Origin: Pseudomonadota bacterium
GTDB taxonomy: Bacteria; Pseudomonadota; Alphaproteobacteria; Rhodospirillales; 2-02-FULL-58-16
Direction: 5' to 3'
Length of the DNA stretch: 62,986 bases
NCBI GenBank assembly: GCA_022545455.1
Contig: JACZQZ010000002.1
Coordinates: forward strand, 1-62,986
A program made the translations under genes and the position numbers. A model generated the notes under the pieces. The model was given only the letters and a program-made list of their open reading frames with translations, was not told the DNA's origin and searched no databases. This document shows positions 9,942-18,853 of this stretch, piece after piece (the stretch's first letter is position 1; the number at the start of each line of letters is the position of its first letter).

Positions 9942-10823
9942 TCAGCCCCGGTCGATCACCTTGACCAGCGCCGCGTGATCCAGGTCGCCCGAACCGGCGG
10001 CGATGAGTTCGTCGTACAGCCCCATGTTGAGCCTCGTCGCCGGCAGCTCGAGGCCCAGGCCGGCGGCCAGCTCCAGGGCCTGGGCCATGTCCTTGCGCTG
10101 GATCGTCGCCCTGCCGCCGGGACGGAAGTCGCCGTCGATCATGCGCTGGCCGTGCAACTCCAGGATACGTGAATCGGCGAACCCGCCGCGCAGGGCCTGG
10201 CGCACCTTCGCCGGATCGGCGCCGGCCCGGCGCGCCAGGGTCAGGGCCTCGGCGACGGCGCCGATGGTCAGCCCGACGATGACCTGGTTGGCCGCCTTGG
10301 CCACCTGGCCGGTGCCGGTGCCGCCGACATGGGTGACGCGGCTGCCCAGGACTTCGAACACCGGCCCGGCGCGCTGGAACGCCGCCTCCGTCCCCCCGGC
10401 CATGATGGTGAGCGCCCCCGCCTCCGCCCCCACGGTGCCGCCGGAAACGGGCGCGTCCACGTAATCGCCGCCGGCATCGGCGACCCGCCTGGCGAATTCC
10501 TGGGTGGCGGTGAACGCCGTCGTCCCCATGTCGATGACCAGGGAGTTCGGGTGCACGCCGGCGACGACGCCGTCCGCGCCTGAGACGACCGCTTCCACGG
10601 CGGCGGTATCGGCGACCATGACGATGACGGTCTCCGCCTCCTCGGCGACGGCACGGGGACTGTCCGCCGGGACCGCGCCCTCCGCCGCCATGTCCCCGAC
10701 CGGCCCGGGCGAGCGGTTGTGGACGACGAGACGCGCCCCCGCCGCCATCAGGTTCCGGCCCATGGGCCGCCCCATCAGGCCGAGCCCGACGATGCCGATC
10801 GTTTGTCCGCTGAGGTTGGTCAT
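9942..10823 (-). CDS. NAD(P)-dependent 3-hydroxyisobutyrate/2-hydroxy-3-oxopropionate reductase family oxidoreductase
   Basis: 293 aa. N-terminal Rossmann motif IGIVGLGLMGRPMGRNL and family-typical length and C-terminal domain. Confidence 0.85.
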   Translation of the reverse strand: MTNLSGQTIGIVGLGLMGRPMGRNLMAAGARLVVHNRSPGPVGDMAAEGAVPADSPRAVAEEAETVIVMVADTAAVEAVVSGADGVVAGVHPNSLVIDMGTTAFTATQEFARRVADAGGDYVDAPVSGGTVGAEAGALTIMAGGTEAAFQRAGPVFEVLGSRVTHVGGTGTGQVAKAANQVIVGLTIGAVAEALTLARRAGADPAKVRQALRGGFADSRILELHGQRMIDGDFRPGGRATIQRKDMAQALELAAGLGLELPATRLNMGLYDELIAAGSGDLDHAALVKVIDRG

Positions 10824-13645
10824 GGTTCTCCCTCCGCCAGGAACGCCCTGGTCTCCCGCACCGCCTCCGCCAGGCCCACCCGGCGCACCTCCACCCCATC
10901 GGGGAAGGCGCCGGTAAGCCGGGTCGGCAGCGCCCTGTCCAGCAGCACGAAAACGCCGCGGTCGCCGGCGCGGCGCACCAGCCGCCCGTAGGCCTGCTTG
11001 AGCCTCAGCCGGGTCAGCATCTCGTCATAGGCGCGCCCGCCAAAGGCGCGTTTGCGCGCCCGGTGCAGGATATCGGGGCGCGGCCACGGCACCCGTTCGA
11101 AGACGATCAGGCGCAGCGACCGGCCCGGCACGTCGATGCCGTCGCGCACGGCGTCCGTGCCCAGCAGGCAGGCGTCGTCTTCGGCCCGGAAGATGTCGAT
11201 CAGGGTGCCCGTGTCCATGGCGTCCACGTGCTGGGCCATCAGCTTCAGGCCCGCCTCGTCGAGGGGTCCGGCGATGGCCTCGAAGACCCGGCGCAGGCGC
11301 CGGATCGCCGTGAACAGCCCCAACGCCCCGCCGCCCGCGGCGAGGAACAGCTCCCGGTAGGCGGCGGCCACCTGGGCGTCGTCGGTGCGGTCGACGTCGG
11401 TCACCACCAGCACCCGCGTCTGGCCGGCGTAGTCGAACGGCGACGGCACGGCGGCGCAGACGGCCTCGGACGGCAGATGATGGGCGCCGGTGCGCCGGAT
11501 CGCCGCCGCCCAGTCGGCGTCGGCGTCGCCGGTGCCGTCGCGCAGGGTGGCCGAGGTCACCAGCACCCCGTGGGCGGGCTCGATCACGGCCGCGGCGAAG
11601 GGCCGGGTGGGATCGACCCAGTGCCTGTGCAACCCCACGTCCGTGTCGCGTCCGCCGGCGCGCTCGACGCCGAACCAGTCGACGAACCCGTCTTCGGCGT
11701 CACCGTCGGCCGGCTCCTCCGCCTCGTCCCTGTCCAGCGCCCGGAGCATGTCGCGCCAGCCCTCGATCTGGGGAATGCGCCAGCGTTCCAGGCTCCGGCA
11801 CATGGCCTCGATGCGCCGCCGCTCGGTGGTCTCCAGCTCGTCCGCCTCCACGTCCAGCAGCGCGCTCAGGGCCCGGCCCAGGGCCGCCAGGGGACGCCCG
11901 AGGCGGGCCAGGGCCGCCTCCAGCCCCAGGGCCGTATCGAGCAGGCCATCGACCGGCGGCCGGGTGCCGGTCTCCAGGCTATAGGGCGAATCGGCGCGGC
12001 CCGCCCGCGCGTAGACCTGCTGGCGGACGAGGGCGAGGAAGGCCTCCGCCGGTCCCACCGGGATGCCGTCGGCCAGGCGCTGGCGCCAGCCCGGCCCGGG
12101 CAGGGCGCGGCCCGCCTTCAGCGCCTCGTGCAGGGCCTCCATACCCGCGTCGTCGTTGTCCACCAGGCCTTCGATGCGCAGGCGCAGGCCGCGCGCCCGC
12201 GACCGCGCGCCGTCCTCGGCGCCGACGATCCAGCGCCTGAGCTCGGCGGCCTCCAACCCCGTCAGGTGGGCCGAATAGGTGCCGTCGGCGGCGTCGAAAA
12301 CGTGATGGCCTTCGTCGATGACGTAGCGGGTGGGCAGGGACCCCCCGTCGCCGCCGCCGCGCGCCGCCTGCACCATGACCAGGGCGTGGTTGGCGACGAC
12401 GATCCGGGCCCGCCGCGCCCGCCGGATCGAGCGCTCGATGAAGCATTTCCTGTAGTGGTCGCAGGCCGAATAGATGCACTCGCCGCGGCTGTCCGTGAGG
12501 TCCACCGTCAGCCCGCGGCCGAGGAGATCGGCCAGCCAGGCCGGAAAGTCGCCGCCCACCATGTCGCCGTCGCGGCTGGCCAGGGCCCAGCGCGCCATCA
12601 GCCCCAGGGCCACCGCGTCGGTGCCGCCGCGCCCGGACATCCGGGCCACCGCTTCGGCGAAATTGAGCAGGCAGAAGTAGTTCTCCCGGCCCTTGCGGAT
12701 GACCACCTTTGCGGCCTTTTCATCCGGGTCCGGATACAGGCGGTCCAACTCGGAATCCAACTGGCGCTGGAGGTTGCGGGTAAACGTGCTGATCCACACC
12801 GCTCCCTGGTTCTTCTCGGCCCAGACGCTGGCCGGGGCGATGTAGCCGAGGGTCTTGCCGACGCCGGTGCCGGCCTCGGCGAGCACCACGCGGGGCTCGT
12901 CCCTGCGCTCCCGGGGCAGGAACGCGGCGCACACCTGGGCGGCGTACTCGGCCTGCTCGGGCCGTTCCTCGGCGCCGGCGCCGACCAGCATGACCAGCCG
13001 GGCGCGGGCCTCGTCCGGCTCCACCGGCAGGTTCCCGGGCGCACCCTCGGCGCCCCCTTCCTCCCAGTCGGGCAGCCGGCGCCACACCTTCAGGCCCTCG
13101 CCCATGGCGCGCGAATGGGGCGCCTGCGAGTCAGCGGAGCCGGCGAGGGCGGACACCACCGCCGTCCCCCACGGCCAGCCGCCCCGGGCCATGGCCCAGG
13201 CCACGCCCAGGGCGCGGTCGCCCTCGGGCCGGCCGGCCATGGCGGCCAGTTCGCCGAGCAGCCGGCGGGCGGCGGCGATCAGGCTTTCGGCCTCGTTCTC
13301 CAGGGTTCCCGGCAGGGCCACGCCCACGGCCTCGGCCAGGCCGCGCGGGGTCGGCAGGCAGAACCGGGCCGGGCGCACGAAGGCGAACAGCTCCAACAGA
13401 TCGCAGGCCGGAAAGGGCTCCGTCTTCAGCCGCCGGGCGGTGGCCTTGGCGTGGCAGACCAGGGGCGGCGGGCCCGCGCCCAGGCGCCGGGCCGCCTCGT
13501 CCAGGGCCAGGGTCTCGATCTCACCGTCGGGGGAAAGCCACACCGCGCCGCGCACACCGGCCACCAGGGCGGGGGCGTCGGGCAGGCGGACCGGAGGTGG
13601 GTCGGGCTGGCGGACCGGAGGTCCGGTGGACGGCGTGCGGGCCAT
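10820..13645 (-). CDS. ATP-dependent DNA helicase, DinG/XPD (Rad3) superfamily 2 type
   Basis: 941 aa. Walker A AEAGTGVGKT, DEGHH box, and Cys-rich FeS-like segment (CLLNF ... CIYSACDHYRKCF). A 4-nt overlap with the downstream reductase gene suggests an operon. Confidence 0.85.
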   Translation of the reverse strand: MARTPSTGPPVRQPDPPPVRLPDAPALVAGVRGAVWLSPDGEIETLALDEAARRLGAGPPPLVCHAKATARRLKTEPFPACDLLELFAFVRPARFCLPTPRGLAEAVGVALPGTLENEAESLIAAARRLLGELAAMAGRPEGDRALGVAWAMARGGWPWGTAVVSALAGSADSQAPHSRAMGEGLKVWRRLPDWEEGGAEGAPGNLPVEPDEARARLVMLVGAGAEERPEQAEYAAQVCAAFLPRERRDEPRVVLAEAGTGVGKTLGYIAPASVWAEKNQGAVWISTFTRNLQRQLDSELDRLYPDPDEKAAKVVIRKGRENYFCLLNFAEAVARMSGRGGTDAVALGLMARWALASRDGDMVGGDFPAWLADLLGRGLTVDLTDSRGECIYSACDHYRKCFIERSIRRARRARIVVANHALVMVQAARGGGDGGSLPTRYVIDEGHHVFDAADGTYSAHLTGLEAAELRRWIVGAEDGARSRARGLRLRIEGLVDNDDAGMEALHEALKAGRALPGPGWRQRLADGIPVGPAEAFLALVRQQVYARAGRADSPYSLETGTRPPVDGLLDTALGLEAALARLGRPLAALGRALSALLDVEADELETTERRRIEAMCRSLERWRIPQIEGWRDMLRALDRDEAEEPADGDAEDGFVDWFGVERAGGRDTDVGLHRHWVDPTRPFAAAVIEPAHGVLVTSATLRDGTGDADADWAAAIRRTGAHHLPSEAVCAAVPSPFDYAGQTRVLVVTDVDRTDDAQVAAAYRELFLAAGGGALGLFTAIRRLRRVFEAIAGPLDEAGLKLMAQHVDAMDTGTLIDIFRAEDDACLLGTDAVRDGIDVPGRSLRLIVFERVPWPRPDILHRARKRAFGGRAYDEMLTRLRLKQAYGRLVRRAGDRGVFVLLDRALPTRLTGAFPDGVEVRRVGLAEAVRETRAFLAEGEP

Positions 13646-13700
13646 GGGGGAGTATACCGCCGGCCGGCGCCGGGGACAGCGGCCCGGTGGGGTTGGCGCT

Positions 13701-14225
13701 TTAGCGGGCGCCGGGGGCAGCGGCGCGGTGGGTCACCGTCATCGGGGGGCCGGCGCGCAGGGTCTGGTAGACGACGCAGTAGCGCTCGGTCAGCTTGAGC
13801 AGGGTCGCCAGCTTTTCCTCATCCGCGTCCGTCTCCAGGTCGAAATGCAGGCGGATGTCGCGGAATCCCACCGGCGCCTCCTTGCTCACCCCGAGGGTGC
13901 CGCGGAAATCGAGATCGCCCTCGGCTTTCACCGTGCCGGCGCGCACATCGACGCCGATGGCGGTGGCGACCGCGCCGAGGGTCACGCCGGCACAGGCGAC
14001 CAGGGCCTGGAGCAGCATGTCGCCGGAGCACGCCTGGGTCCCGTCGCCCCCGGTGGCCGGGTGCAGCCCGGCCTCGACCAGGGCCTTGCCGGTCTCCACC
14101 GAACACGCCAGGCCGTCGCCGTCCAGGCGGCCCTCGGCGCGGAGCGTGATCAGGGCCGTCGCCGGGTCGTCGTTGTATCGGGCCTTCAGGGGTGCCTGCA
14201 GGTTTTTCAGGTCTTCCGCGTCCAT
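13701..14225 (-). CDS. OsmC/Ohr-family peroxiredoxin-like protein
   Basis: Internal Met (MDAEDLKNL) of ORF 13701..14267. Family-typical Cys contexts (QACSGDMLLQALVAC; ERYCVVYQT). Confidence 0.8.
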   Translation of the reverse strand: MDAEDLKNLQAPLKARYNDDPATALITLRAEGRLDGDGLACSVETGKALVEAGLHPATGGDGTQACSGDMLLQALVACAGVTLGAVATAIGVDVRAGTVKAEGDLDFRGTLGVSKEAPVGFRDIRLHFDLETDADEEKLATLLKLTERYCVVYQTLRAGPPMTVTHRAAAPGAR

Positions 14226-14357
14226 GGGTTCTCCTCCGCCTGCGTTGCGTCGGCGCGACAGTGGCACCGCGCCCGCCGGGGATCAAGGGTTTGGCCGCCG
14301 GCGGCAAGGCCTCTATGCTTTGCGGGCGACCCATGCCCAACCGAGCGGAGCGGTTCC

Positions 14358-14654
14358 ATGGCCGGCCTGCCCAAGGTGGAGATCACCTATTGCACCCAGT
14401 GCCGGTGGCTGTTGCGCGCCGCCTGGACGGCCCAGGAACTGCTCACCACCTTCGAAAGCGAGCTTGGCGGGGTGACGCTGATCCCCGACGGCACCGGCGG
14501 CGTCTTCGACGTGCGCGTCGGCGACGACACGGTGTGGTCGCGCGCCGATGAGGGCCGCTTCCCGGAGATGAAGGAGCTCAAGCAGCTTGTCCGCGACCGG
14601 GTGGCGCCCGGACGCGATTTGGGCCATTTGGACACACCGGTGAAGACACGGTAG
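14358..14654 (+). CDS. Rdx (SelW/SelT/SelH-like) family thioredoxin-fold protein with a CxxC motif
   Basis: MAGLPKVEITYCTQCRWLLRAAWTAQELL... is the last 98 codons of a long spurious ORF. The redox motif is Cys, not Sec. Confidence 0.75.
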   Translation: MAGLPKVEITYCTQCRWLLRAAWTAQELLTTFESELGGVTLIPDGTGGVFDVRVGDDTVWSRADEGRFPEMKELKQLVRDRVAPGRDLGHLDTPVKTR

Positions 14655-14715
14655 CGTTTCCGGTCATTGTGCCTACCCGCCCGCCCGCCCGTCGAGGACG
14701 TCCACGTCAAGAATC

Positions 14716-14933
14716 GAAACGCAGAGGACGCCGAGGATCGCAGAGGGTTACACCACGAAGACACAAAGGACACCAAGAATGAGGATCGCTTTTCCGTCCG
14801 GCGTGACCCCTGCTCCTTGGTGTTCTTGGTGCCTTCGTGGTGGATAAATACTTTTTTCCTTGCTGCCTGTGGTTCGGTTGACGATTTTTTTCGCTGCGCC
14901 CCTCTGCGTCCCTTTGCGTCCTCCGCGTTTGAA
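14716..14933. repeat. Composite nested palindromic intergenic element (REPIN/MITE-like)
   Basis: Outer arms are ~14716..14745 and ~14900..14933. Inner arms are 14750..14778 (CACCACGAAGACAC..CACCAAGAA) and 14813..14841 (..TTCTTGGTGCCTTCGTGGTG). The core GCGTCCCTTTGCGTCCTCCGCGTT (14905..14928) recurs at 25998..26021 (+) and 34070..34093 (-). Confidence 0.7.
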
Positions 14934-14968
14934 TTCGAACCGCCAAGGACGCCGAGGTTCGCTGAAAC

Positions 14969-15015
14969 CGCGGCTCGCCCCGCCCTCAGGCGCATAGGGC
15001 CTTGATCGCCGTTCA
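14969..15015. repeat. Left copy of a 47-nt direct repeat; its partner at 16469..16515 is the 3' end of the M48 peptidase gene
   Basis: Hand alignment without gaps gives 41/47 identical. The copies are exactly 1500 nt apart. The left copy retains 8 degenerate terminal codons (TAIKALCA* versus TAIKAMCA*) plus 16 nt beyond the stop. Confidence 0.7.
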
Positions 15016-15157
15016 TCGGTTGCGCCGCAATCCGCCGCCACCGTGCACCCTGGTGGACGATCCGGCGGGATTGAGCCATCATCAACCCCATCGGAGGACT
15101 TCACAGGGGGAATCCCGGTTAACAGCCGACAGCGCATTTCCGCGGGGGGGCCTGACC

Positions 15158-16264
15158 ATGCAGCATCAAGACAGCCGTTTTCCAGCCGTCAACGAGGACA
15201 GTCCGTTTTCGCCGGACGACCGTTTCTACGCGGAAGAAATTCAACTCGCCTTCCGTAACCAGGGCATGCCCCTGGAGGGGCTTCGCTACCCGATCACGCC
15301 GACGCGCATGCATTATCTCCTCATCCACTTCGACATTCCGCAGGTCGACGTCGAAGACTGGAGCCTGGAGGTGGGCGGATTGACGTCGAAATCCCTGCGC
15401 CTGACCCTCGAGGAAATCAAGCGGCGTCCAGCCGTTACCATCGCCGTCACCATGGAATGCGCCGGCAATGGACGGGCCCTGCTGAGTCCGCGTGCCATCA
15501 GCGTTCCATGGCAGTTGGAGGCCGTCGGCACCGCCGAATGGACAGGAACACCGCTGCGGGGACTGCTGGAGGAAGCGGGTGTACGTGACGATGCCGTGGA
15601 GATCCTGTTCACCGGCCTGGACCGGGGAGTACAGGGAGACGAGGTCCAGTATTATCAACGGAGCCTGACCATAGACGAGGCCTCCGGCGAAGACGTCCTG
15701 CTGGCCTACCAGATGAACGGTGAGCCCCTGTCACCTCCGCACGGCTACCCGCTGCGTCTCGTAGTTCCAGGCTGGTACGGGATGACCAACGTCAAGTGGT
15801 TGGATCGTGTAGAGGCCATCGGAGAGCCTTTTCACGGGTACCAGATGGACAAGTCCTATCGAATTTCCCAAACCGCCGACGAGCCCGGTGAACCGGCGAC
15901 ACTGATCAAGGTACGGGCGCTCATGGCGCCTCCGGGTATACCGGATTTCCTCACCCGGGCCCGCCTGGTGGAAGCCGGACCGGTGACGCTTGCGGGGAAA
16001 GCCTGGGCTGGCCGATCGGGCATATCCCGTGTGGAGCTCAGTGTGGACGACGGCGCCACATGGTCGGAGGCGGAGCTGGGCGAGCAGGTTTCGCCGTATG
16101 CGTGGACGGCATGGTCCTTCGGATGGAACGCCACCCCCGGCAGGTACAGCTTGTGCGTTCGCGCCACCGACAGTGAAGGGAATATGCAGTCCACGGACCA
16201 ATCGTGGAATTACGGAGGGGTTGCCAACACCATGGTCCAGCGCGTCCAGGTGCTGGTGGAATGA
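15158..16264 (+). CDS. Sulfite-oxidase-family molybdopterin oxidoreductase (Oxidored_molyb + Mo-co dimerisation domains), apparently cytoplasmic
   Basis: Internal Met (MQHQDSRF) of ORF 15002..16264. Conserved Mo-ligand context TMECAGNGRA and a C-terminal Ig-like dimerisation region. No signal or Tat motif seen. Confidence 0.85.
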   Translation: MQHQDSRFPAVNEDSPFSPDDRFYAEEIQLAFRNQGMPLEGLRYPITPTRMHYLLIHFDIPQVDVEDWSLEVGGLTSKSLRLTLEEIKRRPAVTIAVTMECAGNGRALLSPRAISVPWQLEAVGTAEWTGTPLRGLLEEAGVRDDAVEILFTGLDRGVQGDEVQYYQRSLTIDEASGEDVLLAYQMNGEPLSPPHGYPLRLVVPGWYGMTNVKWLDRVEAIGEPFHGYQMDKSYRISQTADEPGEPATLIKVRALMAPPGIPDFLTRARLVEAGPVTLAGKAWAGRSGISRVELSVDDGATWSEAELGEQVSPYAWTAWSFGWNATPGRYSLCVRATDSEGNMQSTDQSWNYGGVANTMVQRVQVLVE

Positions 16265-16484
16265 CAAAACCGTATTGATCTAGCAGTCTGTCCGACTTGA
16301 GGTCCGCCAGACTGCTAAGGTTTGTCCGTTAAGTTCCCCAATGCCCAACCGAATTAACCTGCCCGCCGTTCAACTGCTGCCCGCCGTACCACTTCGGCAG
16401 GCGGGTCGGCAGGCAGTGTGACCTGTGGTTTTTCTTCTTTCACGCGCGGCCGCCGCGGCGCCGGGGCTGCGGCTCGCCCGGCTC

Positions 16485-17594
16485 TCAGGCGCACATGGCC
16501 TTGATCGCCGTCCACTCGGCGTCGGTGAGGGCCGGCGCGCCCCGGCGGGCGTTCCCGCGGATCGTATCGGCGCGGTCGGCCGAAGGGGGGTGGGTGGAGA
16601 AGAAGGCAAGCGCGTCGGAGGGCTCCCCCTCCCTGGCCTCCACCCGTTCCAGGAACGCGCCCAGGTGCCGGGCGTCGTAACCGGCGGCGTTCATCAGCTC
16701 CGTCGCGATCGCGTCGGCCTCGCGCTCGGCCTCCTGGGTGTACGCCGATGTCAGCACCATTTGCCCCAGGCCGGCGATCACGGTGCCGCCGCCGACGTCG
16801 CCGATGAGCAGCCCGATGAGCAGCGCCGTGCCCGCCATTTCGATCGCCACCTTGATCGGGTGACGGCGCGCCACGTGGCCGATCTCGTGGGCGAGCACGC
16901 CGGCCACTTCGTCCCCGTTGCCGGCGAAGTCGAGCAGGCCGCGTAAAACCAGGATATGCCCGCCGGGCAGGGTGAACGCATTGACCATGCCGGTATCGAC
17001 GACCCGTACGCTGAGCGCGACCGGCTCGTCCAGTCCGCCGGCGAGCCTGGCGGCGAGGGCGTCGAGGGCGGCCTGGCCCTCCTCGCCGGCCGGGCCGGCG
17101 CACACCCGGTTGGTGTCGTCTTCGTTCCTGTTGATCGCCGCCAGAAGGCGGAGCACCTGTTCCGCCGTCTGCTCGCCGATCCGCTGTTGCATGGCGGCGG
17201 GAATGGCGAAGGCGAATTCCTGCGCCAGGCGCGGGATCACCACGGTGACGACCAGCACCACCGAGACGACGGCCGCCGCGCCCCACACCAGCACCGGCCG
17301 CCAGTAGCGGCTCCACCCGGGCGTGGTGCGCCTGAGGCCCGGGCAGTGCCGGTCCAGCCCATCGAGGTCCTGGTCGTCGGCGAGGGTCAACCGGTCGTCC
17401 CGGTCGAAGCCGCACCTCAGGCGCACCGGCTGGCCGCGCCCCGGCCTGTCGACAAGGTGGACGTCGGCCGCCGGCCAACGGTCGACGGCGGCGCCTTCGC
17501 TATCGAGGATGACCAGCGCGCCGGCCTCGATGCGGAGGGTCACCGGCCGGCTCAGGGCGGTCCGTCCGTCGTTGTAGGTCGCCGGCACGTCCAC
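16485..17594 (-). CDS. M48-family zinc metallopeptidase with an N-terminal PH-like domain and TM helix
   Basis: HEIGHVARRH (HExxH), 369 aa. It is the last gene of a tightly packed 3-gene operon. Confidence 0.85.
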   Translation of the reverse strand: MDVPATYNDGRTALSRPVTLRIEAGALVILDSEGAAVDRWPAADVHLVDRPGRGQPVRLRCGFDRDDRLTLADDQDLDGLDRHCPGLRRTTPGWSRYWRPVLVWGAAAVVSVVLVVTVVIPRLAQEFAFAIPAAMQQRIGEQTAEQVLRLLAAINRNEDDTNRVCAGPAGEEGQAALDALAARLAGGLDEPVALSVRVVDTGMVNAFTLPGGHILVLRGLLDFAGNGDEVAGVLAHEIGHVARRHPIKVAIEMAGTALLIGLLIGDVGGGTVIAGLGQMVLTSAYTQEAEREADAIATELMNAAGYDARHLGAFLERVEAREGEPSDALAFFSTHPPSADRADTIRGNARRGAPALTDAEWTAIKAMCA

Positions 17595-17597
17595 CGG

Positions 17598-18848
17598 CTA
17601 AATGGCTCCCACGTCGAAGGCGTCGGCCAGGCCTTCGCCGGTGGCGGGCACCTCCTCAGTCGATTGGACGACCCGGCCGAACGCGGCCATGTCGCTGATC
17701 TCCAGGGTCCGGCAGACGTGGGCGACGATCTCGTAGCGCAGGATGAGGTAACTCAGGATGGGCGTGACGATGATATAGAGGACGACCACGAGCGTGACCA
17801 TAAACCCGAACCCCGGCCCGTCCGCCGCCAGGGCGAAAATGACGCCGAACACGAAGGCCGGTAGAATCACCGCGCCGACGGTGAGGACGCTCATCCAGAT
17901 GATCCGCGCGGACCTCGCCGCGGAGGCGAAGGACACCTCGGCGAAACGGGTGCAGCCGACCATGTAGCGGAACTCCCGGACGCGATACCAGATATAGAGG
18001 AACGGCACGGCGAGCCAGACGAGCAGCAATGCCGGGGCGTGAACCTCGATGTTCGTGAATTCGGGCTCCGCGCCGCCCGCCACGGTGTCCACGGCGGCCC
18101 CGCCCAGGTCCGGATTGGCCCCCAGGAACGCCAGGGTGAGGACCACGGGCAGGCCGAAGGCGAGCAAAAATGGCCCGAACAGGGCCTTTCCCGAACCGGC
18201 GAAATCGAACCGGGTCTGTCCGAAGCGGGTGTGCTGAATGCGATAGCGCATGAGGGCGACGCGCATCCACGGATAGGCCATGCCCAGGGTGACCACGCTC
18301 AGCAGACTCCAGCCGACGGACAGGCCGAGGAAACGCCAGGTCGAACCGTCGAGCCCGAAGCGGATGCCGCGCCAGGTGGTGCGGGTCAGGCGATAGCGCC
18401 ACATGCGGTAGAACGCGACCTGGATGAGGACGAACAATACCAGGGTATAGGCGATATCCACCGCGGACTGGGCGGCGTCGGAGGCCGATTCGAGCACCAA
18501 CCGCACCCCCTCGTAGGCCATGCCGAGGGGCACCAGTATGCCGAGGACGATGAGGAAACCGATAAACAGCTCGGACGGCAGGCCGGTGTATTCCAGGGGA
18601 TCGCCGTCGATGCGGATGTTGTTCCAGAAATAGCGGCGAATCCAGGTCTTGGCCCAGAAGCGGTAAATCCACAGGGTGAGCAGTTTGAAAATCGCGTTCT
18701 TGACAAGCAGTTTGAACAAAGGCCCGCGCCGGCCGGTGAACTCGACCGGCCCCGCCCCACCGGCCGGCGCCGGACTCGGGCGCCCCGCCAGGCGGCGCGA
18801 CACCTCGGGGCGGCGGCGGCCGAAGCCGGCCGGTGGGGTGGGCGGCAT
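17598..18848 (-). CDS. DUF898 (YjgN-like) polytopic membrane protein
   Basis: Internal Met (MPPTPPAG) of ORF 17598..19532. LFKLLVKNAIFKLLTLWIYRFWAKTWIRRYFWNNIRIDGDPLEYTG is typical of DUF898. Gaps to the neighbouring genes are 3 and 5 nt. Confidence 0.75.
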   Translation of the reverse strand: MPPTPPAGFGRRRPEVSRRLAGRPSPAPAGGAGPVEFTGRRGPLFKLLVKNAIFKLLTLWIYRFWAKTWIRRYFWNNIRIDGDPLEYTGLPSELFIGFLIVLGILVPLGMAYEGVRLVLESASDAAQSAVDIAYTLVLFVLIQVAFYRMWRYRLTRTTWRGIRFGLDGSTWRFLGLSVGWSLLSVVTLGMAYPWMRVALMRYRIQHTRFGQTRFDFAGSGKALFGPFLLAFGLPVVLTLAFLGANPDLGGAAVDTVAGGAEPEFTNIEVHAPALLLVWLAVPFLYIWYRVREFRYMVGCTRFAEVSFASAARSARIIWMSVLTVGAVILPAFVFGVIFALAADGPGFGFMVTLVVVLYIIVTPILSYLILRYEIVAHVCRTLEISDMAAFGRVVQSTEEVPATGEGLADAFDVGAI

Positions 18849-18853
18849 CCGGC

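Noticed and set aside
14358-14654. Possible selenocysteine recoding in the SelW-like gene.
   Set aside because: The redox motif is encoded as CTQC with ordinary Cys codons. There is no in-frame TGA, and no SECIS-like hairpin is required.
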